From assembly GCA_030390025.1 (NCBI GenBank), contig CM059432.1, positions 139,998,001 to 140,062,000 on the forward strand: DNA of 64,000 nt. The letters run 5' to 3'. Position 1 is the first letter of the stretch. The number at the start of each line of letters is the position of its first letter. Shown piece after piece: positions 60,488 through 64,000 of the stretch. The position numbers and the translations under genes are program-made. The notes beneath the pieces were generated by a model, which saw nothing but the letters and a program-made list of their open reading frames with translations, was not told the DNA's origin and made no database searches. The DNA comes from Squalus acanthias (lineage: Eukaryota).

Positions 60488-61030
60488 TAACAACAACAAC
60501 ATTGCATTTATATTGTTTTTAATGTAGAAAAACACCCCAAGCTGCTTCACAGAGGCCGAAGGAACAAAATGGACACCAAGCCAAAGAGTTAGCTGTTAGG
60601 ATGGTGACCAATAGCTTAGAGAAAGTGGTATGTTTTATGGAGGAGAGGGAGAGGTGAAGGGGTTTAGGGAGGGAATTCCTGGAGTGGGGCCGAGGCATCT
60701 GAAGGCATGGCTGCCAATGGTGGGGCGAAGGGACTGGGGACTCACAAGAAGCCGTGCCAGAGAGATAGAGAGTTCAAGGAGTGAGATGAGTCATAGGGCT
60801 GGAGGACTGGGAACCAATGTAAGGCCAGCAAGGATGGGGGTGATGGGTAAGCAAGACTTGGTGTGGAATAGGATGCAGGCAGCAGAATTTTGGATGAAGG
60901 GTGGAGGATGGGAGGCCGGCCAGGAGAGCATTGGAATAGTCAAGTCTGGAGATGATGAAAGGCATAGATGAGGGTTTCAGCCGCAGATGGGCTGAGGTAG
61001 AGGCAGAGGTGGGTGATGTTACAGAGGTGG
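60488..61030 (-). mobile_element. L2 LINE 3' fragment
   Basis: Encodes FIISRLDYSNALLAGLP and has an (AAC)n tail. Confidence 0.82.
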
Positions 61031-61131
61031 AATATACTGAGGATTATCACTAGAAGAATGGAGAAGTATTTTTCTCACTTAGAGGGTTAATAGATGCTGG
61101 AATACTTTACCACAATTAACTATGAGACAAA

Positions 61132-61837
61132 GGGGGAGAAATTGGGTTGATTTGCGACTCTCCTTAGCGCCCCCGGGGGGCGCTAACGGCGCAAATCCCC
61201 TAACGCTCGGGCGCGGCGCTGCTAATGCCTCCTGTAAAATTCAGCGGGAGATTAGCAGTGGCGGTAGTCGGTAGTGCCCCATGGCGCTGCGCCGCTGGCG
61301 ATGAGGTCATCAGCGTGCGCAGCGTCCCGCTTGTGACCCGCCCCGCTTGCGCCCCCTGACCTATTGCCGGATGATATGTCTGACAGGGTCAGGGTGGCGT
61401 TTTTGCATCCGCGGCGACGCTACTTAAAGGGCAGGTGTCGGGCGGCCATTTTTTTTGGGCCGACTGCCAGCACCTGCCCCCTTCTCCTTTTTTCTTCGGG
61501 GTGCCGGCCGCGATCGCTCAGCCCAGCGCTCCTCTTGAGTGCCGGGCTGCTTTTCCGGCACCCTGCTCCCCGGTGGTCCAGCAGGGCCCCGGTGCGCGCA
61601 GTGCTAGGCCCCTCCCCTTTAATCAGGGGAGGGAGGCCTGCAATACCGCGACGCTACGTGCCGACGCGCGTGGCACTATTGTACGTAGCGCTGCGAAATT
61701 CACTGGTAGCGCCCCAAGAAGGAGGGGGAGTGCTTCCAGTCGCAGCCCGCCTCCTGCTTGGGGCGCTACTGCTGAATTTACGGCGTAGGAGTGCTAAAAT
61801 TAGCGCCCCGTTTGGGGTGCCACTGAGTTTTTCCTCC
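61132..61837. mobile_element. Harbinger-type MITE (1375 family)
   Basis: TIRs GGGGGAGAAATT...GAGTTTTTCCTCC with AAA TSD. Splits a CR1 3' fragment. Confidence 0.78.
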
Positions 61838-61947
61838 AAAGGCTATAAGATGATTTAAAAGGGAATTGGATAAGTATTTGAAAAGGAAGAATATAAAAGG
61901 ATACAGAAAAATTGCAAGGAAATGGGATTCAAGTAAAGGGCTTCAGA

Positions 61948-62326
61948 GAGAAAGAAAGACTTGCAATTATATAGCATCTTTTACTACCTCAGGATGTCCC
62001 AAAGTGCGTTACAGCCAATGACGTACTTTTGAAGTGTAGTCACTGTTTCAATGTAGGAAACGTGGCAGCCAATTTGCACACAGCAAACTCCCCTGCTCTT
62101 TTTGGAAATAGTGCCATGGGATCTTTTACGTCCAACCTGAGAGAGCAGACAGGACCTCAGTTTAACGTCTCATCTGAAAGACGGCACCTCCGACAGTGCA
62201 GCTCTCCCTCAGTACTGCGCTGGGCGTGTCAGCCTAGATTTTTGTGCTCAAGTCTCTTGGAGTGGGACTTGAACCCTCAACCTTCTGACTCAGAGGCAAG
62301 AATGCTCCCCACTGCGTCACGGCTGA
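61948..62326 (-). mobile_element. DeuSINE with internal deletion
   Basis: Antisense match to 25370-25820, missing the segment between CACAGCAA and CTCCCCTGCTC. Confidence 0.85.
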
Positions 62327-62679
62327 CGAGTTCAATTGAAGAACTAGCACTGGAACAGGTCAAATGGCTGACTGGACCTCCTTCAGTGCTGCAATTTCTA
62401 TTATTCTATGATTATGGACTGAGATCTCAGGAAATTTGCAGTCACAAGTTATGATGCTCTTTTGCGCAAATGAAAAATAACCCCCCCCGACCTCCCCTTC
62501 ACTTTGTTTGTTCTTTGGCCATGTGATCCGAGATAGAATCTCAAACTCTAGTTTAGATGAATCCTGGACTGCAAGTCGCAGGCTTTAACTGCCAAGGATT
62601 ATTTCACAAGTATGAGTTACGACTTTTGATTTTCGTATGCATGAAATAATCTTCCAGCATGTAGTGAAATGACACATTA

Positions 62680-63215
62680 GAAAAACACTAATCCTGGAAA
62701 TACTCGGCAAGTTAGGCTGCATGTGTGCAGAAACAGAATTTGATGTTTCGGATGAGACGTTAAACCGAGGCCCTGTCTGCTCTCTCAGGTGGATGTAAAA
62801 GATCCCATGGCACTATTTTGAAGAAGAGCAGGGGAGTTACCCCTGGTGTCCTGGGGCCAATATTTATCCCTCAGTCAACATCACTAAAAACAGATTATCT
62901 GCTCATTATCACATTGCTGTTTGTGGGAGCTTGCTGTGTGCAGATTGGCTGCCGCGTTTCCTACATTGCAACAGTTTCACTTCAAAAAGTACTTCATTGG
63001 CTGTAAAGCACTTTGAGATGTCCAGTGATCGTGAAAGGCGCCATATAAATGCAAGTCTTTCTTTTTTTCTTTTATGTTTCAGGCCTTAGACCCTTTCTCA
63101 GGACTCTGTGGTAGGTCAAAGACCTGAAGCATTGACATCTGCATTCTGAGTATTTCCAGCTTTTTACTCATTCTTTTCTTTTTAGATTTTTAGCATCTAC
63201 ACGACTTTTGGCATT
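62680..63215. mobile_element. Decayed inverted pair of Penelope termini interrupted by a DeuSINE (~62745-63070, plus strand)
   Basis: CTGGAAATACTC...GATGTTTC [SINE] TATGTTTCAGG...GACCTGAAGCATTGAC...GAGTATTTCCAGC. Confidence 0.6.
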
Positions 63216-63796
63216 TTGAAATAATCTTCCTGTAGTTCACATGCTGTTACTGTGGGGCAGAGTCACCCTCAAGGATTTTTACTCTGTTCGTACGTATTGT
63301 TAGTGGTTTCCAAAGCCTTGGCAAGAGAAAGAGTTAATAAGACAATTAAGCTTGATACTGGAGTTGAGCCATTTATGAAATTTGCAAACCATTAGAGGTT
63401 TGAAGGCTCTGGTCTGGATTGACATCTGTTTGTATTAAAGTTGGCCCAATTTTTTCAAAACGTTTTTCTTTTTTATTCGCATCTTTTTCACTTCTCTCCT
63501 TTGTGGTATAGGATAGAGGTAACTGTTTCCAACTCTGATGTTCAGAGTGCTCTTTTGCTATCTTATCCATTTCCCTCACCACTTGGAATTATCACATTTT
63601 AGTTAGTGAGAAATATGATTCCCGCAAGAGTGCATCGTACACCAGGTGAAGCGTAGGAACTGGGCTGCAAGTTGCTGAATTTGTAAATGACTGACAATGC
63701 AAAATAAATCATTTTAATAGACTTATAGTACTGCACCTGAGTCTATTGGTACAAATGTTATGGAGAGCTAAACAATCTTAAGGAAAAGCCTTGGTA

Positions 63797-64000
63797 CAAC
63801 AATAACTTGTATTTATATAGCACCTTGAGCGTAGTAAAATGTCCCAAGGCGCTTCACAGGAGTGTTAACAAAATTTGACACCGAGCCATATAAGGAGATA
63901 TTGGGGCAGATGATCAAAAGTTTGGTCAAAGAGGTAGGTTTTAAGGAGCATCTTAAAGGAGGAGAGAGAGGTGGAGATTTTTAGGGAGGGAATTCCAGAG
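63797..64000 (-). mobile_element. L2 LINE 3' end (runs off the window)
   Basis: Matches 15083-15280. Confidence 0.85.

Overview
This is eukaryotic, repeat-dominated genomic DNA. The repeat content suggests a cartilaginous fish (shark): DeuSINE/SacSINE1-like and V-SINE/HE1-like SINEs, CR1, L2 and RTE LINEs, Penelope-like elements and PIF/Harbinger MITEs. That taxon assignment is an inference. I found no host protein-coding gene, rRNA, intact tRNA or CRISPR array, so the window reads as intronic or intergenic. Nearly all long ORFs in the supplied track are transposon-derived or artefacts of tandem repeats. Main structures: (1) a CR1 with an open ORF1, an internally deleted ORF2 and a 5' array of 67-bp ETS-motif monomers with higher-order periodicity (32.3-36.2 kb); (2) a CR1 carrying two RTE insertions and one Penelope insertion (41.6-46.6 kb); (3) a Penelope element with ~345-bp inverted terminal arms, plus four minimal hammerhead ribozyme motifs in Penelope termini; (4) a 125-bp near-perfect inverted duplication 21 kb apart, fused to a CR1 truncation point; (5) many Harbinger-type MITEs with 3-bp TSDs and several decayed Harbinger transposase remnants. 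I cannot support a wholly new biological system; the best leads are new variants of retroelement regulatory and RNA architecture. Element boundaries were read by eye and are approximate unless a TSD, TIR or motif is quoted.
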